Assembly: GCF_026571515.1 (NCBI RefSeq)
Contig: NW_026866030.1
Location: 186,001 to 250,000 of the forward strand
Direction: 5' to 3'
Source of the DNA: Ruditapes philippinarum
Lineage: Eukaryota
Length of the DNA stretch: 64,000 bases
Shown here: one piece after another, positions 52,114 to 64,000 of the stretch
Layout: each line of letters begins with the position of its first letter
Position numbering within the stretch: position 1 is the stretch's first letter
The notes under the pieces: model-generated
Told to the model about the DNA's origin: nothing
The model's database searches: none
The model's input: the letters and a program-made list of their open reading frames with translations, nothing else
Position numbers and translations under genes: made by a program

Positions 52114-53055
52114 TACAATAACAATTTATTGATATATACGTTGCAAATATTACAATATTGTTCATTATTGTTTGATTTGCTATTTTGTTCAGTTTGAAAA
52201 CTTTTCTATATCACTGAAAAATTCTGTACCAGCTGTTTTATTGACTGCATAATTTGCTGATATAAGAAAAATGTATTGCAATTGAGTGATAAAGACTTTG
52301 TGAGTCATTCAAATCCTACAGATAGACAAGAGTCAGCAAATAACAGGCCATATGTTTTTATTCTCTATATAACAATATAGTATAATATATATTTTTTTAA
52401 TGAAATTTTCTTTCTTCAAAGAGAATTTTAACGTTAAAACTATCAACATATGAGGATCATAATAATTCGTTTTGATATGATAGAAGTAATAACAATGTTG
52501 TAAGTTTTCTGTTTTCAAGGGAGATAAAATAGTCCAAGAGTGACAGCTTTTTTCTTTATTATAGTTAAGGCTTCTGTCCCTTTGAGATCCACATAATAAC
52601 TGAACATGTTACAGGCTCTTCTATTGAGCCTATTCATGGATGGTAGTGGTAAATACAAGCCACTTTGCACCAGCTGAAGCTGTATTCAACATTTAAACAT
52701 GAAATATGTGAAAACATTAATTTGCTGATGTGCCAAAAAAAAAGAGAAAAAAGGGGAAGGAAACATGGCACAGTGCAACTCTTGCATGAGATAACCCATG
52801 AGAAAAACCACTTTAAAAGCAAAAAAAAAATTATGTTACTATTTCCTGTATAGAGGTTTCAAATTTAGTCACAGAGAATTAAGTCTCAAGTGGTCCCCCT
52901 TAAATAAATACATGCTTAATACTGAAGTATGTTGATTCCTTATCTTGGTGTATAGTACGTTTGATATCTCAGACAGCTAACGGAAAAAAACAGCTTGAAA
53001 GTTTCTTTAATCTGACACTCCACCCCTTTTCACATAAATTTATTGGGAAGGCATA

Positions 53056-53242
53056 TTAACCCTAAATATTTGAAATGGACTTGTCCGTCTTTCAATTGGG
53101 ACAAAACCATTCATCATTTTGAGAGAAGTTTTGTCAAAATAGCAAACAGTGCAGACCATGATCAGATGGCATGGACATATTGATATTCAGGTCTGCACTG
53201 GTTGCATGGGTAGATTGAGTTTCCGCTAGCAGGCAAAAGGTT
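53056..53242. mobile_element. Short TTAA-type MITE, degenerate
   Basis: ttaaccc...aaggttga ends with an internal palindrome cagtgcagacc/ggtctgcactg. Related relics near 22470-22700 and 41066-41220. Confidence 0.55.
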
Positions 53243-56200
53243 GATTAATTATAGTGTATACAGTGTTTTTGATAGCCCTTATTCAAAGCATGGTAAATCT
53301 TTAGCCCAGTAAACTGAAAAACAATTAATACACAGTACTAAAAAAAGTCTTCTTAGAACTGAATGTAAAGTATTTATCTTTATTGACTTGCAGGTTTTGA
53401 TAAATCTTTGCTAATGTCTCTAGTCATTTGGAACATTTTTATCTCTTTTGTATCATCATTATTAGCTGATAATTTGAAGAAGCATTCAGGTCCTGTTTTA
53501 ATGTGGCAAATTTCACTTTTTTATGTTCACAATAAATAATATATATGACATTATACACCACTGTATTCTTTAATTTGTCCCCTACTGACTTCACAGGAAT
53601 AGACTATAGGACTGGTGTCCCACCGGCTTTCCGTCTGTTTGCCATTCTGTCCATCAAGAAACGTTGGTTTACTCTATGGACGATAGAAAAGTGTTTCTGA
53701 AAAAAAAAAAAATGGATGGATTTTTTATGGATATTTCTTCGTTATAATTTCAGGCTTCCTTAAATTGAAGGTGGTCTTATTGGCAGGCTTTTTCACTAGA
53801 ATAAACTGGAGAATATATAAGAGCTTGATATTGCTAGAGTGGCACCTTATTAACTCAGATCAGAATAATATCATAAATCTGGCCATGGTTCTATTTTCTA
53901 ATTTCCCATATGGAAATCTGAACCAAATGTCATGGAGGTAAAAAGGGCAGATAAATCTTTCACCTCCTGTCAAAGCAGATACTTTTTATAGAGGGGAAAA
54001 GTGGTTTTTTATTAGGAATGCACTTCTTGAATGTCATTTTGTAGTGTTCCGGGGATGCATTAAGTACTTTCTTATTACCATATCTACGAATTAGGATCTT
54101 AAAACTCAGGGGTTTAATGGAATACTGCTTTAACTTAAGATACAGGAAGAATCAATTAAGACTTGTGTTGCGATGAAATCCAAGAAATGATGGTTACTAG
54201 AAACATGTGTTTTCTGCTTTACTTACCTGTACCCTATTAAATTAGATTTCTTTTAATGGATTAGCCATGGTTTGAAATTTGGAACAGTCCATAAAAATTA
54301 TGAAGTTTAAGGGATTTCAATAACGAAATACAAAAAATAAGCTATTGTCAGTAACAGCATGGATTTGGACACTGGCCTTGAATTTAGAATGTTGGCCAGT
54401 CTTTTTTATTTCCGGTAGGATTTCAATATCATAGGATTCAACAAGCCAACAGGTTGTACAGACCTGTAGGCCCAGGCCTGGCTTATTGTACTGGAATCAT
54501 CACCTTCGCTACCCACGGTACACATTCCATATATTCGGCATTTACCAGTACTGGTATATGGTAAATAGCCCCAGGGTTACAGAGGATGTGGAATCATAAG
54601 CCTTAATTTAATTAAAGCTACTAGTTATATCATGACTGTCTATAAGTGGAGAAAAAAAAAAAACATACAAAAAAATGTGAAATTTAACATCATACCTTTT
54701 TTACCAGCTCTTTTTATTTTCAAAGGTTGTTTTTGTGTTTTTTCCAGTTATTTTGTTTTTTTGTTTTCATTTATTTACCCATCTCTAAGCAAAGCATCTC
54801 AAATGCTCATTAGTTGAGCATATGTTTTGGTTGTCCCGATTACAGAGATAGGCCTTACAGGAATGTCATTTTACTCTCGATATCTCTATCTTCCTATAAT
54901 CTCTACTCGGTATGAAAACTGCATCTACTATGTCTGGCAGGAACTCAACATGTAATCCTGATTTACTTTTTTTTTCCTGATTTATTGATGGATGATTTAA
55001 ACGGAAATGTTAAAACATTTAGGTATGTATTCTTTCAGGATTTTTTTCCCCTTCTCCTTTCTGTCAGTATTTTTAAAAAGTCATTTGAATTGAGTTTAAA
55101 GTTAGTTTCATTCTTTCTTTTTCTTTCCTGAATCAGGAATTTCGTTAAATTATGTAATGTAATGTAAGTGTTGATTTTTTTCCCTATTTTTATTTTATAG
55201 AAAGTTGAAATTATACTTGTACTTACTTACAACTGTCAAGAGCCAATGTTTTGTCATTTTGAGTTATAGAACATATCTTTATACATGGATGTAATGGATG
55301 CATTATTTATGCAGATATCCTGTGGTGAACTGTTGAGTTATAGGAAATCATTTGTCAAATTTTGAATATTTATTTTGTTATTCTGGTAGGATATACTTTT
55401 ATGAATGATAAATGACAATGTCAGTTTTGGATATTCACAGTGCTTAATGTGTTAATATATTTAATCGATTTAAATTTTAGCTGATATTTGTATAATGAAA
55501 TAGTTACAATTTCTTACATTGGATCCGATTATGAATTAGAATTTTGTTGAATTTATAATGCTTTTAATGTATTAAATTAATGCATATTTTAAACCTCATT
55601 TATGGACACTTAAGGGATATAATTGATATTGACTGAATGGATGGATATAAATAGACTGGATTCAGGGAGTTTTCATGAAAGGGCGGCTGTCGTATGCCAT
55701 TTGGGGGGCCTCAAAACATAGAAAACAATCTATGTTATGTGTATTAAAACAAAAAAAAATTCAAAACAAACTGTCTATGTTTTTCTAATAACCCTCATTG
55801 GATTGATACATGTACTATATTAATTGGATTTGGATAAATGAATATATATTAATTGGAATGATTTATATATTATTGATTGATGTATGGATATAGAGTTGAA
55901 TTGGATGGATATATTAATGGTGAAGTTAAATTGCATACAAATAATGTTAAGGAACAGATTGTGGTAAGTTTATTACATATAATAAACATTTTTATTTGAC
56001 ATTTAAAAAAGTTACATCCTTAAAATATAGCAAAAAAGGAGTATTTTAGTCTTTTTCAAATATTTAGTTGATGTGCTAAACTATTTCTTAGTCACTATGT
56101 TAAATGAGTTTATATTAAATTTAAAGAACATTACTTGGATAGACAATCATGTATTTATGTATATATGTATAATTGTGTATTTTAGTATTGAGGGTGGTTT

Positions 56201-56269
56201 ATTTCTAATTAGCACAAATTATACTGGACAAGGTTTAGTCTTATTTATTCAAATATTTAGTCACAATTG

Positions 56270-56730
56270 ACTGGAAATATTATATAATGATAAGCCTAAT
56301 TTGTTCACAGCTGACTGGACTATGCAAAATTAAGCCTATAATATTCACAGCCGACTGTACTACAAAAAAAATTAAGGCAATTATATTCACACCTGACTGG
56401 ACTATGCAAGATTTAGCCTAATGTATTCACAATTGACTTGGCTATGCAAGAGAAAGCCTAATTCATTCACAGTTGACTGATCTACTCAAGAGTACACCTA
56501 GTTTATTCACAGATGACTGGACTTTGCAAGAGTAAGCCTAATTTGATTGCAATAAATTTGTTTATGCAAGAGTAGTCATATTTATACATAGTTGACTGGG
56601 CTATGCAATTAAAGGTATGCCTAATTTGTTCCAAGTAGACTAGGCCATGCAAAAATAAGCCTCATTTGGTCACAGCTGTCTTGTTTATGCAAGTGCAAGC
56701 CTTATTTATTCACAATTGACTATACTTAGG
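56270..56730. repeat. Degenerate ~40-bp minisatellite
   Basis: Recurring aagcctaat...ttcacag.tgactggactatgcaa. Confidence 0.8.
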
Positions 56731-57060
56731 GTAGGGATAGCCCAATTTATGGGTAGTTACCTGGACTGGGTCAGGGAAGTTTGAACTTTTTATTGGAGTA
56801 GACTTACTTTGTTAAGTTGATACCAAGTCCGGTTTTGATACATCAAAGGATAAATTGAGTGGCATACAATTATAATAATTGTTTTGTAAAACCTAATGTT
56901 AAATATCTGTTATCTTAGTCTTATGTCTGTATATATTTAAGGATAAGTGAAGGATTAAAGTAATCTCTATGTTGAATAAGATACATACTTTTGGGAAAGA
57001 TATTGATTTATAATTTGCTAGACTCACTGTCTGAAAATTTTAAAAGAATATTTCAGTGAT

Positions 57061-58580
57061 TTTTATACCCCCAAAAACGAAGTTTGGGGGGGTATATAGG
57101 AGTCACCCGGTGGTCGGTTGGTCGGTCGGGCGGTCGGTCGGTTGTCCGTTGCATTTTCCTTGTCCGGACCATAACTTGAAGACTAATGGTTGGAATTCAA
57201 TATAACTACATACAATGGTCAAGCACATTGAGAGGAAGTGCAGTGCACAAAAACCATAACTCTATCTTGACTAATTACAGAGTTATTGCCCTTTGTTACT
57301 TTTCCTTGTCCGGGGCATAACTTGAAAACTACTGGTTGGAATTCAAAACAACTTCATACAATTGTCAAACACAATAAGGGGAAGTGCAGTGCACAAGAAC
57401 CATAACTCTATCTAAAGTAATTACAGAGTAATTGCCCTTTGTTACTTTTCCATTGCTTTCTTTTGTCCGGACCATAACTTGAAGACTAATGGTTGGAATT
57501 CAATATAACTACATACAATGGTCAAGCACATTGAGAGGTAGTGCAGTGCACAAGAACCATAACTCTATCTTGACTAATTACAGAGTTATTGCCCTTTGTT
57601 ACTTTTCCTTGTTCGGGGCATAACTTGAAAATTACTGGTTGGAATTCAAAACAACTTCATACAATTGTCAAACACAGTAAGGGGAAGTGCAGTGCATAAG
57701 AACCATAACTATCTAAAGTAATTACAGAGTTATTGCCCTTTGTAACTTTTCCATTGCTTTCTTTTGTCCGGAGTATAACTTGAAGACTAAATGTTGGAAT
57801 TCATTATAACTGCATTCAATGGTCAAGCACATTGAGAGGAAGTGCAGTGCACAAGAACCATAACTCCATCTTGACTAATTACAGAGTTACTGCCCTTTGT
57901 TACTTTTCCATTGCTTTTTTTTGTCCGGAGCATAACTTGAAGACTAATGGTTGGAATTCAATATAACTTCATACAATGGTCAAGCACATTGAGAGGAAGT
58001 GCAGTGCACAAGAACCATTACTCCATCTTGACAAATTACAGAGTTATTGCCCTTTGTTACTTTTCCTTGTCCAGAGCATAACTTGAAAACTACTGTTTGG
58101 AATTCAATACAACTTCATACAGTTGTCAAGGACATTAAAAGGAAGTGCAGTGCATAAGAGCCATAACTCCATTTTGACAAAATACAGAGTTACTGCCCTT
58201 TGATACTTTTCCTTGTCTGGAGCATAACTTAAAACGTACTGGTTGAAATTCAAAACAACTTCATACAATGGTCAAGCACAAAAAGAGGAAGTGCAGTGCA
58301 CAAGAACTATAACTCCATCTTCACTATTTATAGAGTTATTGCCCTTTGTTCCTTTTATTTGTCTTTCTGGACTTATTACAGAGTAATTCAATAAAACTTC
58401 ATCAATGGCCAACCACATTGAAAGGAAATGCAATATACAAGAACCACAACTATCTTTAATTGCCCACAACCATAACTGTATATTTCAATTCTTTTACAAG
58501 ATATTCTGTTACTAGTAACATCCTCATTTCCAAAGCAGTCTTGTGGGGGTATTAATCACATTTAGTGATAGTTTTAGTTT
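57061..58580 (+). mobile_element. Family D tandem-core non-autonomous element (about 9 cores of ~145-160 bp)
   Basis: tttataccccca start, ggtc microsatellite, cores with gaagtgcagtgcacaagaaccataact, and tgggggtat plus hairpin at the end. Related core relic at 27620-28060. Confidence 0.85.
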
Positions 58581-58701
58581 ATCCTAAATTTATTTACTTA
58601 TTCTCATTATAACCTTAACAGAACAAAGAATATCTACATTTAATTTTAAGTGTTAGAATTTTAGTGTTTTCCTTATAGAGTCTGATATTCTTTTAACAGG
58701 C

Positions 58702-59062
58702 TTTTTGTGCCCCCACTTTAGTGGCGGGCATTTAGATTTACCCTTGTCCGTCAGTCCTTCCGTCCGTCCGTTCTCTTTTGTGTCGCACGTTACTCTAAAA
58801 GTATTTGACCTAGAGTCATGAAACTGTACAGGAATGCTGATCAGCATGTGTAATTGTGCACTTGGGTATTTTCGTCTGGATATTTTTAGTATTTTTAGAG
58901 TTATTGCCCTTGACAAGTTTACAAGAATGTTGGTCAGCATGTGTACTTATGCACCTTGGGGTTTGCTTGTGGATTTATTCAGTATTTGTAACCTAGAGTC
59001 ATAAGATTGACAGAACAGTGGCGCGGTGGGGGCACCCGTGTCCTATGGACACATTTCTAGTT
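58702..59062 (+). mobile_element. Family A element, short copy
   Basis: Same termini as 6017-8662. Confidence 0.85.
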
Positions 59063-59213
59063 GTCCATACATTTAGTTGAGTTGTTTTGAAGAGCAAAGT
59101 ATTAAAATTCTAGTAAATGTTTTATACTTCATGGATATGCCCAGACAGCTTATGATTATGTTATAAATATTAGTTCTATATGTATTCAATACATTTGTTC
59201 CAAAAGGGACCAA

Positions 59214-59435
59214 AGGGCGTCTGTGGCACAGTGGTTGAGGTTGTTGACCTCAAACCACTTGCCACTCAGTGCTGTGGTTTCATGTGAGGAAGCCATCCAG
59301 CTTGCTCATGGAACGTCTGTGGTTCTATTACAGTGCCTGTTTGTGCCTGAAATAATGCAAGAAAGGGTGCCTGAAGTCTTCCTTTACAAATAAAGATGGA
59401 AAGTCGCCATATGACCTTTACTGTGTTCGCAACCA
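59214..59435 (+). mobile_element. tRNA-derived SINE with the B box deleted
   Basis: Homologous to 15381-15650. Confidence 0.8.
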
Positions 59436-61399
59436 AAAAAAAAAAAAGAACATGTTTCTGATGCTCATTGATGTTAAATTACAACACTTAGAGTAAGGAA
59501 ATAGACCCATTAGGAATCTAAGATGTTTGTCTATTGCTTGCATATTTTTTTCCTAAATTGCTCTTGAATGAAAGGAGAAAGTCATTAAATCAACTTTGAT
59601 AAACTTGAAAAAAATGGTAATATATATGTTTAATTCATGCTTATTTATGTATTACCCCACCCACACCTGGTTACTATTGGTCAATATTTATATATTCTAA
59701 ATTTTCGAGAAGGATATTTTTATGGGTATTTTGTTAAAAAAATTGTACCAAAGAACATAAATTGGAAGAAATACGTTTGTATATTTCTATGTGTAAAATT
59801 ATGATTTAATATGTTAAACAAGTAGTTAAAAATGTTATTAAGTGCCTTCATTTTATTTTATTTTAAATCAATGTGTTATTTATTATCTAATAATTGGAGA
59901 CTCATTTTGTATATATTATCTTATAGAATATAACCTTAAGAATATTATGTTCAGTGTTACTATATATATTTTGCTCCTTAATGTTACTAAGTGTATATAT
60001 GGAGGATAAATAGAGGATATTTATTTTTTTCTACAAATGCAGGATTTATTTTCATCAAGTGGTGTGAAATATGATCATTTTCATACCACAAGATAAAATC
60101 CTATATTTATAGAAAAAACTTTCTGTTTATTACATACATTTTTCTCTTTCTTGTAATTACAAGTTGGAAGACTTCCTCTTAAATTTTGTGTATTATGGCT
60201 GAATAAAGAAGAAAGTAGTCCATTAAAACACCTGTTCAAATGCAGAAAATATGTTTCACTGCATTGAAAAATAAGTTTTTACAGTGAAAATACGGAAAAT
60301 AAAAATACACATTTTATTTCATCAATATTTCATATATTTCCTTTGTAAATATAATATAAATAAAACTGTAGTTACTATAAAGTTACTGACTCCAGCTGAA
60401 CCAGGAAGACCTTCCTGCTGCAACACAAACTAGACATGTATTCTTTTAAGTTCAAAGCAGGGCAAATTAAATCAGGAAATGAATAAATAAAATGCATTTA
60501 TAATCATGCAATGTAAAAATGTATTTCCTTTTTAGCTGACTTGGAAAACAAAGTGCTCAAAGGTGAGCTTTTGTGATAGCATGAAGCCTATTGTCTGTAC
60601 AGGTAGATTTTGACCAAACTTTACAGAAATAATCCTAAGGTGACCATCTATAAAAGGCATATGTATCATTAGGTTCCAGAAATGTTTGCATTGGTCACAG
60701 AGGCTAAAATAATAAAGACTAAGAAATGAAAACTACTTCTCAGAAACATCAATGCCCTGAGCATAGATATTAAGGATGCAAACATCACTTTGCAGTCTTC
60801 TTCAAAAAGTATATAAATAAGTGCAGCCCCCCTCCCCAGGGTCAAAAATGGCAGCACCCTACGGGTCCATTGTTTAACATAGACATGTCATTGTTGAAAC
60901 ATTGTTTATTTTGTTTCTGCTAGTAAAATTGTTTGAACTCTGAAACATTTTACACTCAGTAGGTGGGTTAGTGTTTTTTTCTAAATAACTTCATAGCGAA
61001 TTGTTTTTTGAATAAAACTGTTTTGAATTATGACATATGATAAAATTGTGGGAAAATTGTTGCAAATATGAGCTATTGACTGTACATGGACATTTTTCTG
61101 TCTGTATTGAAATGTCAGACCCACTGCCGTAAAGGTTATATTTAGATATGTGAAATGATGCATTGTGCATGATTTGTTATTAAATATTGAAAAATGTCAA
61201 ATGGATATCAAATTACACTGCATGTCATATCATTAAATATGCTGGTTTCAGGTCTATTTCCTTTTATAAAATTAAAAGGACCACTTGAGCTTGAACACTT
61301 GCCCCACAATGCTCTTGGTTTGAATCCTGCGAGGGATATTTGATCTAGATAATAGAAAGTTACTTGTGCTTCTCTGATGCCTACTTGACAGAAATAAAG

Positions 61400-62247
61400 T
61401 TTTCATTAAGTTAAACTATACCTCTACAGTTGTCATTAAGTTAAACTTAATACCTCTACAGTTGTCATAAAGTTAAATTTTATACCTCTACAGTTGTCAT
61501 AAAGTTATGCTTTACCTCTACAATTGTCATAATGTTAAACTTTATTCCTGTACAGTTGTCATAAAGTTAAACATAATACCTCTACAGTTGTCATAAAGTT
61601 AAACCTTATACCTCTACAGTTGTCATATAGTTAAACTTTACCTCTGCAGTTGTCATAAAGTTAAACTTTATACCTCTACAGTTGTCATATAGTTAAACTT
61701 TATACCTCTACAGTTGTCATATAGTTAAACTTTACCTCTGCAGTTGTCATTAAGTGAAACTTTACCTCTGCAGTTGTCATAAAGTTAAACATTATACCTC
61801 TACAGTTGTCATAAAGTTAAACTTTTTACCTCTACAGTTGTCATAAAGTTAAACTTTATACCTCTACAGTTGTCATAAAGTTAAACTTTATACCTCTACA
61901 GTTGTCATATAGTCAAACTTTACCTCTACAGTTGTCATAAAGTTAAACTTTATACCTCTACAGTTGTCATAAAGTTAAACTTTATACCTCTACAGTTGTC
62001 ATAAAGTTAAACTTAATACCTCTACAGTTGTCATAAAGTTAAACTTTATACCTCTACAGTTGTCATAAAGTTAAACTTTACCTCTACAGTTGTCATTAGT
62101 TAAGTTTTACTTCTACAGTACTGTTATCTTAAAATTAAACATTAAAAAAGTTAAATTTTATACCTCTACAGTTGTCATAAAGTTAAACTTTACCTCTCTA
62201 GTTGTCATAAAGAAAAACTTTACCCCTACAGTTGTCATAAAGTTATA
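61400..62247. repeat. 30/32-bp minisatellite
   Basis: Unit tacctctacagttgtcataaagttaaactt(ta). Confidence 0.95.
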
Positions 62248-62917
62248 CATGTACGAGTTTCAAAGCATTGCATAATAAATAAATAAATCTATGAACATGC
62301 AGTAAAGACATGCTTAAAATGATATTTTAATTGTTAAGCATGACTGCAATAGTGGGCAATATATTTTTTTTTGTCAGAAAAACAAGCTGTAATAAATGTT
62401 ATATTTTTGCATGTGATGATGTTAATATTAGCAGCAGGAACAAATGTTTGAAGGTTTCATGCTTGTCAAATATTTACACAAGAGACCAAATATCAAATAA
62501 ACTGACATCAGTGTTATGTAAACAGACATTTTCTTTCTTGTGAGTCATGCATGTACTGAATGTTTTACATTTTGCTTTATTCGTAATGATACGATTAAAA
62601 GTGCATGCATTTTAAAAGGTGATCAGAAAAATTGTGATTTAAGTCGAGCTTAATTAATAATGATTGTGCTTGTGGTTTATCGTGACTTCTGTTAATTGTA
62701 ATTTGTTGGGTATAAAGATGCAGGGAACCAGTCAACAATATCTGGCATTTGATTGGTTAGTTCTGAGAAAGGACTTGAAATTGACCAATAGTAACAACAA
62801 ATGTGCAGGCTGGTCTGGCTAACTATGCTAGTGGCAATGGCTAATTATTTTTGGATCTAGCAGGATACAGGTTAATATATTTTCACTATTTAAGGAAAAG
62901 TACGGTTACTTTTTTGC

Positions 62918-63180
62918 TTATTTATTTGGTTTTAACGTTGATTTTAACACATTTTGGTCATATCTTGGCGGTTGGTTACCCTAACCGGCTAACCAGCTAA
63001 TGACCAATTTCTCCACAAGTGACAGACTACTTATCCAGTTGATTTTCTGAATCAGCGGTACGAGACAAAAGACAATAAACTCAATGTCTGAGATCAATAA
63101 TTATTGTCGCTGAGACATTTAACCTCGCCCAAGGATCTAACCAACGACTTGTGGATAACAGTTCAGGAGGCGCTACATAA
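62918..63180 (-). mobile_element. Degenerate SINE
   Basis: ttta tail, ggttttaacg...ggtcatat 3' end and a decayed tRNA-like head at 63120-63180. Confidence 0.5.
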
Positions 63181-63634
63181 CACCAAATAAAACAATGTAT
63201 AGTTTATTGGACACAGCTTCATTTTAATGCCTCTTTTAAATAGGACATGCATCGATTCCAAGGAATTTCAAGACAACTTTCCAGTATATTAGAGTAATTG
63301 AAAATGTAGACTGGATAGCTTTTGTTACAGATAAGATCTTAATAATTTAATTTAGAGGCTTTAAAGCAAGAATTAACTTGTAATTTGCGAATTAAGATGA
63401 AAATAAGGGGATTTATTTCAATGTTTATTTCAAATGTTTCAAGTTTTAGTTTACTTGTTGTAACAAAAGAATGATTAATTTGTTTTTATGGACATCTGGG
63501 ATGTTTATTAAGACAAAAAGATAGAGAGTATTAAAATTAAAGTCTAGATAATTGGAGGAGAAATGTCTGAGCTACTTTTCACTACCCTACATTTTAGCAT
63601 TCATGTGTAATATAAAAGGGCCTGAGATAGTTTA

Positions 63635-63820
63635 AGTCAAATGGTTATATGATTGTTGACTTTGAATAACCTGCCCCTCATTGGTTTGGTTCCCATCCTG
63701 CCTGGGACTTGGAATTTGTTTTCCATTTGAGGTAGCTCTCTCTTCTCCTGCCAGATATATTGCATGAAGAGGCAACTGCCACCTTCTACCAGTAGGCTCG
63801 AAAGACCCCATATGACTTAA
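63635..63820 (+). mobile_element. Highly degenerate copy of the 15381 SINE family
   Basis: tgcccctca...gggactt...tgagg.agct...catatgac is collinear with the family. Confidence 0.55.
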
Positions 63821-63908
63821 AATTTGGGCATAAATTGTCGCTCTTGAAAAGGGTACAATCTCTAGTGGTTAGAAATTTAGTAGCCAAGACCCTTTTACCT
63901 GATATGCA

Positions 63909-64000
63909 ACATCAGGGTTTATGTCTGTTCTTACATCAGTGCTTATATCTGTTCTTACATCAGTGCTTATATCTGTTCTTACATCAGTGCTTATATCTGT
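63909..64000. repeat. 24-bp tandem repeat running off the window end
   Basis: ttatatctgttcttacatcagtgc, more than 3 copies. Confidence 0.9.

Overview
AT-rich eukaryotic genomic DNA with spliceosomal introns. The SINE, MITE and tandem-core repeat families suggest a bivalve mollusc (inference). There is no prokaryotic operon, CRISPR array or rRNA. The left 27 kb holds a tandem cluster of three paralogous minus-strand genes, each with a low-complexity N-terminal exon and a terminal TICAM/TRAM-like TIR-domain exon. Copy 2 is intact (381 aa). Copy 3 has two compensating frameshifts. Copy 1 lies in visibly error-rich sequence, carries a 13-aa mucin-like repeat and possibly a death domain. An NF-kB site next to an ISRE-like motif lies upstream of copy 3. 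Positions 28641-41065 are an apparently complete 12.4-kb PIF/Harbinger transposon with 26-bp perfect TIRs and two convergent spliced genes (Myb/SANT-like protein and HARBI1-type DDE transposase). At 10.4-11.1 kb are two inverted copies of a miniature LTR element whose LTR contains a tRNA-like pol III promoter and is followed by a tRNA-Lys primer-binding site. The rest is nested non-autonomous elements, SINEs, mini/satellites and one N gap. All gene models were spliced and translated by eye; no database searches were run.
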